In this document: positions 12,701 to 25,480 of the stretch, one piece after another
Numbering within the stretch: the stretch's first letter is position 1
Layout of the letters: each line of letters starts with the position of its first letter
From: Chiloscyllium plagiosum
Lineage: Eukaryota
NCBI RefSeq assembly: GCF_004010195.1
Contig: NC_057719.1
Location: 78,911,678-78,975,677, forward strand
DNA: 64,000 nt
Reading direction: 5' to 3'
Program-made: the position numbers and the translations under genes
Notes under the pieces: generated by a model
What the model saw: only the letters and a program-made list of their open reading frames with translations
Told to the model about the DNA's origin: nothing
Databases searched by the model: none

Positions 12701-13364
12701 TCTATTAACAGTATTTTCTATTTTAGCGCTATCCACCTCTCCCAGCATTTCATGTATCCTGGTATTATCTTCTAATATTCTCCCTTGCTTCCTAAACCGT
12801 TGCTACCTAATGTACAAATCTAAATATCCAATTTTCACTCAAGTACCACTTTGCCATCTTGGGTTTTACCTATCGTACGCTTTCCGAGAATGGCACATTT
12901 CTGGGGATGAGACTTGCACATATCTCTACTCAATCCTTGAGACTTACAGCAAGGCAAATTAAACTGAAGCAACTTGCTTCATAAAGTGCTTTTTATGGCA
13001 AAATGTCAAAGGCACTTCACAGGAACAAAATCCCTCCAAAATACAAAAGTTAAGTAGAGATTAAGGATTGCCTTTTAAAATAAGGGTTGAATTATAAAGA
13101 TAGATTCCAGAGATTAGGCTTGGATTTTCCTGAGGGCAGGGTTTGAGGTTTTTGATTTGATGAAAAGTATTGATACTGAAAGGACAAGATCATTTTTTCT
13201 GGTGGGTGTGTTCAATACAAGTAACAAAATATTCAAATTAGATAGTTCAGGAGGCACATGACACAAAGGATAGTGGAAATCTACAACCCCCTTCTCTGAA
13301 ACCCACTACAGGCTGGGGGTCAAGAGAACACTTCAAATGGGCGTTGATAGATTTTTGTCATAGT

Positions 13365-14230
13365 GTGGTTATGTTCATCAAGCCAGGAAGTTGATTTGCA
13401 GACGTTTCGTCCCCTGTCTAGGTGACATCTTCGGTGCTTTTGAGCTTCCTGTGAAGCGCTGCTGGACTGTATCTTCTGGAATTTATTTGGTGCCATTTCT
13501 GCTGCTTCCGGTTGTCTGTTCCAGTTGTTCGTTTTTAGTGGCCAGTATATTGGTCTAGGTCAATGTGCTTGTTGATGGAATCCGTGGCTGAGTGCCATGC
13601 TTCTAGAAATTCTCTGGCTGTCCTATGTTTAGTTTGTCCTATGCTTGTTGTGTTGTACCAGTCAAATTTGTGGTCCTTGTCATCTGCGTGTATGGCTACT
13701 AGGGACAGCCGATCCTTTAGTGGCTACTTGGTGTCCATGCATGCGGATTGCTTGTTGCCTACCTGTTTGTCCTATATCGTGTTTCATGCAGTCTTGGCAT
13801 GGAATCTTGTAAATTACATTCGTCTTGCACGTGATGGACAATGGGGTCTTTTGTTCTGGTGAGTTGTTGTCTGAGCATGCCTGTCAGTTTATGGGTGGAG
13901 AAATCTGACTGTCAGTTCCAAGACATTTTTTATATAAGGTAGTGTGGCTAGTCAGTTAGACTGCGGCATGTCCTCATTTCATTGTTTGTCTGTTAGGTAT
14001 CTGTGGATGAGGTTGCAGGGATATCCATTCATGGTGAAGATTCTGTAGAGGTCTCCATCAACAAGCACATTGACCTAGACCCAATAAATTCCAGAAGATG
14101 CAGTACAGCAGCGCTTTTACAGGAGGAGCCAAAGCATTGAAGGTGTCACCTGGTCTGGGGACGAAACGTCTGCAAATCAACCTCCTAGCTCACCAAACAT
14201 ACCCATACCTACTAAAACTGGCTACAACTC
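13365..14230 (-). mobile_element. Penelope-like element fragment: GIY-YIG endonuclease between inverted pseudo-LTRs
   Basis: Minus strand translates to TNVIYKIPCQDCMKHDIGQTGRQ...HKFDWYNT...AREFLEAWHS...INKHIDLD; 13375-13490 and 14085-14200 are inverted copies containing GGGGACGAAACGTCTGCAAATCAAC. Confidence 0.85.
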
Positions 14231-14380
14231 TTTACACAAGCTTTGATACATTTTATTAGGCAGGATATTTTGGGTTACAAAACAAAGGTCAGTAATGCGT
14301 TAGTGTACAGATCAGCCATAATCTGCTTAAATGGCAGAGCAGGCTTGCAGTGCTACATGAGCATGCTGGCTGTAACCTAC

Positions 14381-14537
14381 CATTGTGCTTGGAGGTCTGT
14401 TTGTTCACTGTGTTTTGCAGGAGGCTGAGCTTCCTCTTCATCATGCGAATTCCTTGTGTGTACTGGGCTTCCTGAGTAGACAGCAGTTTCTGCATCTGGC
14501 GAATGGCACTTAATACCTGTTGCTTACTGGGACAACC
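14381..14537 (-). CDS. FBLN7: Fibulin-7 coding exon 2 (N-terminal coiled-coil)
   Basis: Acceptor TTTGCAG|GGT, donor AATG|GTAGGT, 157 nt (phase 0 to 1). GCPSKQQVLSAIRQMQKLLSTQEAQYTQGIRMMKRKLSLLQNTV resembles FBLN7 NCLSKQQLLSAIRQLQQLLKGQETRFAEGIRHMKSRLAALQNSV (recalled). Confidence 0.93.
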
Positions 14538-14879
14538 CTGCAAAGGGAGAACACGGTAAAGTATAACATATCATTTCTGACACATCCCTTTACATGAAAA
14601 AGAAATGACCCTTTCAAAGGGATATGCTTGGTGAAAGGCATGATGAATTCCTAAGCATGTATCCGAGGAGGAACTAAACTATTCAGTGTCTGCCAATATC
14701 GAACACTGGCTTAAAAGGAACTGCCAAGAGGCACTTACTTGCCATTGTTAATAAATTGGTCATTTGAATCAGATGTTCATCAATTTTGTGTCAACTGGTA
14801 ACAGTTTGATTGCTAACGGTGTTATTGCTGAATCTGAAGCTCAAGGTTCAAGATCCATTCTGGAACAGGAATACAAAAT

Positions 14880-15130
14880 CCAGGCTGAATCCAATGTGGC
14901 CGTGAGGGTTCCTGCACAGTTGGTGGTGCCACCTTTCAGCTGTGATATTAAATGGAGGCCCCACATCCATCCTCTGTTTGGATCTAAACAAGCCAAAGGT
15001 ACTCTTTCTAAACATCAGGGAGTTTATAGTTTTTTGACCGACTTTATACCTCAACAAATCAAACATGACTATCTGCTTGCCTTGGTCATTGAGTTGAGTT
15101 TTGTTGATACTGTGACCTTTAACAAATTCC
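14880..15130 (+). mobile_element. Deu-domain SINE fragment
   Basis: GGTGCCACCTTTCAGCTGTGATATTAAATGGAGGCCCC...GGGAGTT...TTTATACCTCAAC resembles the Deu core also seen at 39850-40165 and 52330-52520. Confidence 0.5.
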
Positions 15131-17042
15131 TGTTTCGCTAACGAAATGGGCTGAAGGGCCTTTTTCTGTGCTGTACCTCTCTGTGCCTCTGAACTCAGGA
15201 AAGGATGTGGCTCAACGTAGAATGCAACTCTTTCTACTCCATTCGCTCAAATCTCGACATCTTCCTTACCATCTTCTACTGTGCCAACAGAACACTTTCA
15301 ATTCCTGCAATAAATCATGTGGTTTCCCCGAATGAATGTCAATTTTGGCCAAATTCATGATACTTTGGTGATGTCACTCTCTGGTTCACTAGCTTGACAC
15401 TATCCTGGTGAGACTATACACTCAACACAATCATCTTCCGATGAGCAGAGCCAATCACGTGCTCAGATTAAGCTTTGCACAGACCTCCGCCCAAAACTCA
15501 AAGTAATGTTGAATTCTAGTCAACATGTCCTTTGACTCACCATATGCATTGCCAACAGAATGCATTGTTAAATCAATGTATAAATATATATAAATATATA
15601 TAAAAAGTATATAGTACATGATACAATGCTGTTTTATACAATATAATATACATGCATACATATAGACACCACCAACCAACTTTACCTTATACCTGTTTAA
15701 CTAAAGGCTTGATAATTATGCTTTTTCAAAGAACTTAAAAGAAACTGTTTTGATGCAAAACCTTAATTTGTATGGAATTAGTTCTGTAGATTATCCAGGT
15801 GGACAGGGACCTGATTGGGATTAAAACTGACAGAAAACCCCAGATATTTGTACCTTAATCTGAACCCGCTGTGAATTTGTTTTTGTACTCAGAGACCACA
15901 CTTTTGTGGGCTTCAAAAGTTCACAGTCACAGACTTGCAATAAATTGAGTAAAGCTGCAAGCCATTCAGTTCATCTACCTCCATTCCAAAAGAAACTGCC
16001 TCTCGTAAGTGCTCCCAGCCTAACCAGAAACAGATCCCTCACTCATCAGAAGGATAGCATCTCTAATTCAATTCCCTCAGCCCTGCACTGGAACATCCAC
16101 TTGATATTTTTGCTCAGGCACTGTAAAATTATGCAAACTGTCAAGCTTCTGGCATTGAAGTTACATTACCCACTGTCCACACTGGCTCTCCATAGTGAGC
16201 ATCTCATTCGCTGCTGTTCTCTTGCCTTCTCCCTATAACACGTACATAGTTATTTAAAAGGAACAACTTAATATCCCAGTTTCTGAATACCTCAGTGGAA
16301 ATCCAGTCGTCATTGACAGTTCAAGTATGTACTCCCACCCGAGGAGAAAACATCTTAAATGAAACATGACATTCTGAAAGATTCCAACAAAGTATTTACT
16401 GACTAGATGTTTAAGTTTATGCAAAATTCCAAACATTTCGCCTAAATACGGAGTTGAGAAAAAATGACTGTTCAATCTCTCCTTGAATCGACAAAAGGCA
16501 GGCACCCATAGAAAAGCTCAGGTATTAAGAGCTACAGTCCTGCAGAGTGAGTATCCCTATCTTTGATATAGGACATCAAGGCTCAAGTCCCATTTGGTCC
16601 AGAGTAGTACAATAAAGGTTGATTAGATTATATCGATACTGATCATATGTACTGCCTTCAATCAAACTAATACCAGAGAATAGGAAGGTGCCGTGAACTT
16701 TGGAGCCATGAACAGGAAAAAAAGCCTTGGAGAAGCACACTCTGGAGGGCTGTCACACTGACTGAAGTTACACAGACTGTGAAGGGCTCTCACACTGACT
16801 GGAGTTACACAGGCTCTGGAGGGCTGTCCCAGTGGCTGAAGTTACACAGACTCTGGAGGGCTCTCGCACTGACTGGAGTTACACAGGCTCTGGGGGGCAG
16901 TCACACTGACTGAAGTTACACAGACTCTGGAGTGCTGTCACACTGACTGAAGTTACACAGTTCTGGGGGGCTGTCACACTGACTGAAGCACTGATTGAAG
17001 TGACACAGCCCCTGGAGGGCTCTCAGACTGACTGAAGTTACA

Positions 17043-17490
17043 CAGAGCTGGAAATGTGTTGCTGGAAAAGCGCAGCAGATCAGGCAGCATCCAGGGAACA
17101 GGAGAATCGACGTTTCGGGCATAAGCCCTTCTTCAGGAATGAGGAAAGTTTGTCCAGCAGGCTAAGATAAAAGGTAGGGAGGAGGGACTTGGGGGAGGGG
17201 CGTCGGAAATGTAATAGGTGGAAAGAGGTCTGAAGAGCTTCTGTGCAGAGGAGATGACCTGGGGGGTGCAGAGAGAGAGGGACTCACTGAAATCTTTGTA
17301 GAGGGAGGAAGAGAGCTTCTTCAAGGAAGGCATCCTTGTAAGAGGATTCGTAGTATGTTGAAATCTTTGAGGAGAAAGTGAGGTCTGCAGATGCTGGAGA
17401 TCAGAGCTGGAAATGTGTTGCTGGAAAAGCGCAGCAGGTCAGGCAGCATCCAGGGAACAGGAGAATCGACGTTTCGGGCATAAGCCCTTC
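17043..17490 (-). mobile_element. Penelope-like element insertion inside the minisatellite, with tandem pseudo-LTRs
   Basis: ~88-bp direct repeat CAGAGCTGGAAATGTGTTGCTGG...GGGCATAAGCCCTTC at ~17043-17131 and ~17402-17490 around an internally deleted PLE segment. Confidence 0.85.
17109..17136 (-). ncRNA. Minimal type-I hammerhead ribozyme core (Penelope-associated)
   Basis: Reverse strand CTGAAGA-A-GGGC-TTAT-GCCC-GAAAC-GTC: CUGANGA, stem II, GAAA and the GUC cleavage triplet are all intact. Confidence 0.75.
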
Positions 17491-20400
17491 AGACTCTGGA
17501 GGGCAGTCACACCGACTGAAGTTACTCAGACTCAGGAAGGCTGAAGCATTGACTGAAGTTACACAGACTATGGAGGACTGTCACACTGACAGAAGTTACA
17601 CAGATTCTGGAGGGCTGTGGTGCTGGCGTTAGTTACACAGACTCTGGAGGGCTGTCTCACTGTCTGAAGTTACAGAGACTCTGGAGGGCTGTCTCACTGT
17701 CTGAAGTTACAGAGACTCTGGAGGGATGCCACACTGACTGAAGTTATACAGACTCTGAACTACTGTCAAGCTGATTGATGTTACACAGACTCTGGGGGGC
17801 AGTGGTGCTCACTGAAGTTACACAGACTCTTGGGGGCTCTGGTGCTGACATAAGTTAGACAGACTCACGAGGGCTCTCACAGTGACTGAAGTTACACAGA
17901 CTCTGGAGGGCTGCCGCACTGACTGAAGTTACATAGACTCTGGAGGGTTGTTGCACTGACTGAAGTTACACAGACTGTGAAGGGCTGTCACACTGACTGG
18001 TGTTACACAGGCTCTGGAGGGCAGTCACACCGACTGAAGTTACTCAGACTCTGGAGGGCTGTCGCACTGACTTAGTTACACAGACTCTGGAGGGATGCCA
18101 CGCTGACTGAAGTTATACAGACTCTGAACTACTATCAAGCTGACTGAGGTTACACAGACTCTTGGGGGCTCTGGTGCTGACATAAGTTAGAGACTCACGA
18201 TGGCTCTCACAGTGACTGACGTTACACAGACTCTGGAGGGCTGTTGCACTGACTGAAGTTACACAGACACTGGAGGGCTGTCGCACTGACTGAAGTTACA
18301 CAGACTCTGGAGGGCTGTGGTGCTGACTGAAGTTACACAGACTCTGGAGGGCTGTCACACTGACTGAAGTTACACAGACTCTGGAGGGCTGTCACACTGA
18401 CTGAAGTTACACAGACACTGGAGGGCTGTCACACTGACAGATGTTACACAGACTCTGGAGGGCTGTCGCACTGACTGAAGTTACACAGACTCTGGAGGGC
18501 TATCACACTGACTGAAGTTACACAGACTCTGGAGGGCTGTCGCACTGACTGAACTTACACACACCCTGGAGGGCTGAAGCACTGACTGAAGTTACACAGA
18601 CACTGGAGGGCTGTCGCACTGACTGAAGTTACACAGACTCTGGAGGACTGTCACACTGACTGAAGTTACACAGACTCCGGAGGCCTGTTGCACTGACTGA
18701 CGGTACACTGACTCATGAGGGCTGTCACACTGACTGAAGTTACACAGGCTCTGAAGGGATCTCAGGCTGAGTGAAGTTACACAGACTCTGGAGGGCTGTC
18801 ACACTGACTGACGGTACACTGACTAAGGAGGGCTGTCACACTGACTGAAGTTACACAGGCTCTGAAGGGATCTCACGCTGAGTGAAGTTGCAAAGACTCT
18901 GGTGGTCTGTCGTACTGTCAAAAGTTACACAGACTCTGAAGGGCTGTGGTGCTGACTGAAGTTACACAGACTCTGGGGGGCAGAAGCATTGACTGATGTT
19001 ACTCAGACTCTGGAGCACTATCACACTAACTGAAGTTAGACAGACTCTGGAGGACTGTCTCACTGACTGAAGTTACACAGACTCTGGAGGGCAGTCACAC
19101 CGACTGAAGTTACTCAGACTCAGGAGGGCTGTCACACTGACTGAAGTTACACAGACTCAGGAGGACTGTCACACTGACTGAAGTTACACAGATTCTGGAG
19201 GGCTGTGGTGCTGACTGAAGTTACACAGTCTCAGGAGTGATGTGGTGCTGTCTGTAGTTACACAGACTCTGGAGGGCTGTCGCATTGACTGAATCTACGC
19301 AGACTCTGGAGTGATGCCACGCTGACTGAAGTTATACAGACACTGAACTACTATCAAGCTGACTGATGTTACACAGACTCTGGGGGGCTGTGGTACTGAC
19401 TGAGGTTACACAGAGTCTTGGGGGCTCTGGTGCTGACATACGTTAGTCAGACTCACGAGGGCTCTCACAGTGACTGAAGTTACACAGACTCTGGAGGTCT
19501 CTCACTCAGACTGGAGTTACACAGACTCAGAAGGGCTGTCGCACTGACTGAAGTTACACAGACTCTGAAGGGCTGTGGTGCTGAGTGAAGTTACACAGAC
19601 TCTGAAGGGCTGTGGTGCCGAGTGAAGTTACACAGACTCTGGAGGGCTGTCAAACTGACTGAGGTTACTCAGAGTCTGGAGGGCTGTTGCACTGACTGAA
19701 GTTACACAGACTGTGAAGGGCTGTCACACTGACTGGTGTTACTCAGAGTCTGGAGGGCTGTTGCACTGACTGAAGTTACACAGACTGTGAAGGGCTGTCA
19801 CACTGACTGGTGTTACACAGGCTCTGGAGGGCAGTCACACCGACTGAAGTTACTCAGACTCTGGAGGACTGTCACATTTAGTAACACAGATTCTGGGGGG
19901 CTGTCACACTGACTGAAGGTACACAGACTCTGGAGGGCTGTCGCACTGACTTAGTTACACAGACTCTGGAGGGATGCCACGCTGACTGAAGTTATACAGA
20001 CTCTGAACTACTATCAAGCTGACTGAGGTTACACAGACTCTTGGGGGCTCTGGTGCTGACATAAGTTAGAGAGACTCACGATGGCTCTCACAGTGACTGA
20101 CGTTACACAGACACTGGAGGGCTGTCGCACTGACTGAAGTTACACAGACACTGGAGGGCTGTCGCACTGACTGTAGTTACACAGACTCTGGAGGGCTGTG
20201 GTGCTGACTGAAGTTACACAGACTCTGGAGGGCTGTCACACTGACTGAAGTTACACAGACTCTGGAGCACTGTCACACTGACTGAAGTTGCACAGATTCT
20301 GGAGAGCTGTCACACTGACTCAAGTTACACAGATTCTGGAGTGCTGTCACAATGACTGAAGTTACACAGACTCTGGAGCACTGTCACACTGACTGAAGTT

Positions 20401-23400
20401 GCACAGATTCTGGAGAGCTGTCACACTGACTCAAGTTACACAGATTCTGGAGTGCTGTCACAATGACTGAAGTTACACAGACTCTGGAGCACTGTCACAC
20501 TGACTGAAGTTGCACAGATTCTGGAGAGCTGTCACACTGACTCAAGTTACACAGATTCTGGAGTGCTGTCACAATGACTGAAGTTACACAGACTCTGGAG
20601 CACTGTCACACTGACTGAAGTTGCACAGATTCTGGAGAGCTGTCACACTGACTCAAGTTACACAGATTCTGGAGTGCTGTCACAATGACTGAAGTTACAC
20701 AGACTCTGGAGCACTGTCACACTGACTGAAGTTGCACAGATTCTGGAGAGCTGTCACACTGACTCAAGTTACACAGATTCTGGAGTGCTGTCACAATGAC
20801 TGAAGTTACACAGACTCTGGAGGGCTGTGGTGCTGACTGAAGTTACACAGACTCTGGAGGGCTGTNNNNNNNNNNNNNNNNNNNNNNNNNNNNNNNNNNN
20901 NNNNNNNNNNNNNNNNNNNNNNNNNNNNNNNNNNNNNNNNNNNNNNNNNNNNNNNNNNNNNNNNNNNNNNNNNNNNNNNNNNNNNNNNNNNNNNNNNNNN
21001 NNNNNNNNNNNNNNNNNNNNNNNNNNNNNNNNNNNNNNNNNNNNNNNNNNNNNNNNNNNNNNNNNNNNNNNNNNNNNNNNNNNNNNNNNNNNNNNNNNNN
21101 NNNNNNNNNNNNNNNNNNNNNNNNNNNNNNNNNNNNNNNNNNNNNNNNNNNNNNNNNNNNNNNNNNNNNNNNNNNNNNNNNNNNNNNNNNNNNNNNNNNN
21201 NNNNNNNNNNNNNNNNNNNNNNNNNNNNNNNNNNNNNNNNNNNNNNNNNNNNNNNNNNNNNNNNNNNNNNNNNNNNNNNNNNGTCACACTGACTGAAGTT
21301 ACTCAGACTCAGGAGGGCTGAAGCATTGACTGAAGTTACACAGACTCTGGAGGGCTCTCACACTGACTGAAGTTACACAGCCTCTGGAGGGCTCTCAAAC
21401 TGACTGGAGTTACACAGACTCTGAAGAACGGTCACACTAACTGAAGTTACACAGACTCTGAAGGGCTGTCGCATTGACTGAAGTGACGCAGACTCTGGTG
21501 GGACGCCACACTGATTGAAGATATACAGACTCTGAAGGGCTGTCACACTGACTGAAGTTACACAGACTCTGGAGGGCTGTTGCACTGACTGAAGTTACAC
21601 AGACTCTGGAGGGCTCTCACACTGACTGAAGTTACACAGACTCTGAAGAACGGTCACACTGACAGACGTTACACAGACTCTGTGGGGATGCCATGCTGAC
21701 TGAAGATATACAGCCTCTGAACGACTGTGAAACTGACCGAAGTTACACAGACTCTGGAGAGCTCTCACACTGACTGAAGTTACACAGACTCTGAAGGGCT
21801 GTCACCAGACTGAAGTTACACAGACTCTGGAGGGCTGTCGCACTGACTGAAGTTACACAGACTCTGGAGGGCAGTCACACTGACTGAAGTTACACAGACT
21901 CTGGAGGGATGCCACGCTGAGTAAAGATATACAGTCTCTGAACGACTGTGAAACTGAGCCAAGTTACACAGACTCTGGAGCACTGTCACACTGACTGAAG
22001 TTACACAGACTCTGGAGAGCTGTCGCACTGACAGAAGTTACACAAACTCTGGAGGGCAGTCACACTGACTGAAGTTACACAGACTCTGGAGAGCTGTCGC
22101 ACTGACTGAAGTTACACAGACTCTGGAGGGATGCCACGCTGAGTAAAGATATACAGTCTCTAAACGAATGTGAAACTGACCCAAGTTACACAGACTCTGG
22201 AGCACTGTCACACTGACTGAAGTTACACAGACTCTGGAGAGCTGTCGCACTGACAGAAGTTACACAGACTCTGGAGTGCTGTCACACTGACTGAAGTTAC
22301 ACAGACTCAGGAGCACTGTCACACTGACTGAAGTTACACAGACACAGGAGCACTGTCACACTGACTGAAGTTACACAGACACAGGAGCACTGTCACACTG
22401 ACTGAAGTTACACAGACACAGGAGCACTGTCACACTGACTGAAGTTACACAGACACAGGAGCACTGTCACACTGACTGAAGTTACACAGACACAGGAGCA
22501 CTGTCACACTGACTGAAGTTACACAGACACAGGAGCACTGTCACACTGACTGAAGTTACACAGACACAGGAGCACTGTCACACTGACTGAAGTTACACAG
22601 ACTCTGGAGGGCTGTCACACTGACTGAAGTTACACAGACTCTGGAGGGCTGTCACACTGACTGAAGTTACACAGACTCTGGAGGGCTGTCACACTGACTG
22701 AAGTTACACAGACTCTGGAGGGCTGTCACACTGACTGAAGTTACACAGACTCTGGAGGGNNNNNNNNNNNNNNNNNNNNNNNNNNNNNNNNNNNNNNNNN
22801 NNNNNNNNNNNNNNNNNNNNNNNNNNNNNNNNNNNNNNNNNNNNNNNNNNNNNNNNNNNNNNNNNNNACGCTGACTGAAGTTACACAGATCCTGAAGGTC
22901 GTTCACACTGACTGAAGTTACACAGACTCTGGTGGGCTGTCACACTGACTGATGTTGCAAAGATTCTGGAGGTCTGTCGCGCTGTCTAAAGTTACACAGA
23001 TTCTGAAGGGCTCTCAGACTGACTGAAGTTACACCGATTTTGGAGGGCTGTCGTGCTCACTGAAGTTACACAGACTCTGGAGGTCTCTCACACTGACTGA
23101 AGTTACACAGAATCTGGAAAACTGTCACACTGACTGAAGTTACACAGACTCTGGAGGGCTGTTGCACTGATTGAAGTTACACAGGCTCTGGAGGGCTGTG
23201 GCACTGAGTGAAGTTACACAGACTCTGGAGGGCTGTGGTGCTGACTTAAGTTACACAGACTCTGGAGGGCTGTGGTGCTGACTGAAGCTACACTGACTCT
23301 GGAGGGCTATCACACTGACTGAAGTTACACGGACACTGAAGGGCTGTGGTGCAGACTGAAGTTACACAGACTGTGGAGGGCTGTCACACTGACTGAAGTT

Positions 23401-25182
23401 ACACGGACACTGAAGGGCTGTGGTGCAGACTGAAGTTACTCAGACTCTGGAGGGCTGTCACACTGACTGAAGTTACACAGAGTCTGGAGGGCTGTGGTAC
23501 TGACGGAAGTCACAGTCTCTGGAGGGCTGTCACACTGACAGAAGTCACACAGACTCTGAAGGGCTCTCACACTGACTGAGCTTATACAGATTCTGGAGGA
23601 CTGTCACACTGACTGAAGTTACACAGACTTTGAAGGGCTGTCACACTGACTGAAGTTACACAGACTCTGGAGGGCTGTCACACTGACTGTAGTTACACAG
23701 ACTCTGATGGGCTGTCGCACTGACTGAAGTTACACAGACTCTGGAGGGCTGTCACAATGACTGAAGTTACACAGACTCTGGAGCCCGGTCACACAGACTG
23801 AAGTCACACAGATTCTGGAGGGCTGTCACAATGACTGAAGTTGCACAGATTCTGGAGGGCTGTCACACTGACTGAAGTTTCACAGACTCTGAAGGGCTGT
23901 CACAATGACTGAAGTTACACAGACTCTGGAGGGCTGTCACACTGAGTGAAGTTACACAGACTCTGGAGGGCTGTCACACTGACTGAAGTTACACAGACTC
24001 TGGAGGGCTGTCACACTGACTGAAGTTACACAGACTCTGGAGGGCTGTCGCACTGACTGAAGTTACACAGACTCTGGAGGGCTGTCACACTGACTGAAGT
24101 TACACAGACTCTGGAGGTCTGTCGCACTGACTGAAGTTACACAGACCCTGGAGGGCTGTCACACTGACTGAAGTTACACAGACTCTGGAGGGCTGTGGTG
24201 CTGACTGAATTTACAGAGACTCTGGAGGGCTGTCACACTGACTGAAGTTACACAGACTCTGGAGGGCTGTGGTGCTGACTGAAGTTACGCAGACTCTGAA
24301 GGGCTGTCCCAGTGACTGAAGTGACACAGACTCTGAAGGGCTGTCACACTGACTGAAGTTACACAGACTCTGGAGGGCTGTCACAATGACTGAAGTTACA
24401 CAGACTCTGGAGCACTGTCACACTGACTGAAGTCACACAGACTCTGGAGGGCTGTCACGCTGACTGAAGTTACACAGACTGGAAGGCTGTCAGGTGACTG
24501 AAGTTACACAGATTCTGGAGGGCAGTCACACTAACTGAAGTTGCAAAGATTCTGGAGGTCTTTCGTGCTGTCTAAAGTTACACAGACTCTGAAGGGTTCT
24601 CTGACTGACTGACGTTACACAGGCTCTGGAGAGCTGTCGCACTGATTGAAGTTACACAGACTCTGGAGAGCTGTCAGGCGACTGAAGTTGCACAGACTCT
24701 AAAGGGCTGTCGCACTGACTGAAGTTACACAGACTCTGGAGTGCTGTCACGCTGACTGAAGTTACACAGACCCAGAAAGGCTGTCACACTGACTGAAGTT
24801 ACATAGACTCTGGAGAGCTGTCGGGCAACTGAAGTTACACAGACTCTGGCGGACTGTCACACTGACTGAAGTTACACAGACTCTGAAGGGCTGTTGCACT
24901 GACTGAAGTTACGCAGACTCTGAAGGGCTGTCCCAGTGACTGAAGTGACACAGACTCTGAAGGGCTGTCACACTGACTGAAGTTACACAGACTCTGAAGG
25001 GCTGTCGTGCCCACTGAGGTTACATAGACCCTGGGCGGTTGTTGGGCTGACTGAAGTTACAGAGTTTGGGATGTGCACGGCCATGCGGCATGTCAGCACA
25101 AATGTGAGAGTTCAAACTTTGAGGCATCACAATTCGGACCTCTTGCGCATCCTGACTTCCTCTGGTTACACTTTGGTGACTT

Positions 25183-25480
25183 TCCCTGTAGTATGGAAAC
25201 AGGTCCTTCGACCCAACAAATCCACACCAACCTTCCGAAGAGTAACCCAACCAGACCCATTCCCCTACCCTGACGGACGCACCTAACTCTTTGGGCAATT
25301 TAGCACGGCCAATTCACCTGAACTGCACATGTTTTGGATTGTGGGAGGAAACTGGAGCACCCGGTGGAGAGCCACGCAGACACGAGCATAATGTGCAAAC
25401 TCCATACAGACAGTTGCCTGAGGCGGGAATCGAACCCTGGTGCTGTGAGGCAGCAGTGCTAATCATTGAGCCGCCGTGCA
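25183..25480 (-). mobile_element. V-SINE (HE1-like)
   Basis: Reverse strand GCACGGCGGCTCAATGATTAGCACTGCTGCCTCACAG...GGTTCGATTCCCGCC...TGGAGTTTGCACATT. Confidence 0.85.

Larger units (their letters stand above)
16735..25065. repeat. 37-bp minisatellite array (consensus GACTCTGGAGGGCTGTCACACTGACTGAAGTTACACA), about 200 units, with two N gaps
   Basis: Period 37 read directly (CAGACTCTGG at 18301 and 18338); assembly gaps at 20866-21282 and 22760-22867; lies in FBLN7 intron 1. Confidence 0.97.

Noticed and set aside
17870..17910. CACAGTG/CACACTG heptamers in the minisatellite as V(D)J recombination signals
   Set aside because: No ACAAAAACC-like nonamer at 12 or 23 bp and no Ig/TCR segments nearby.
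20769..22906. ORFs such as QPSRVCVTSVSVTALQSLCNFSQ
   Set aside because: Translations of the 37-bp repeat and of N gaps; no splice or codon evidence.
16735..25065. CRISPR-like look of the 37-bp array
   Set aside because: Units are contiguous with no unique spacers, there are no cas genes, and the context is a vertebrate intron; it is a minisatellite.
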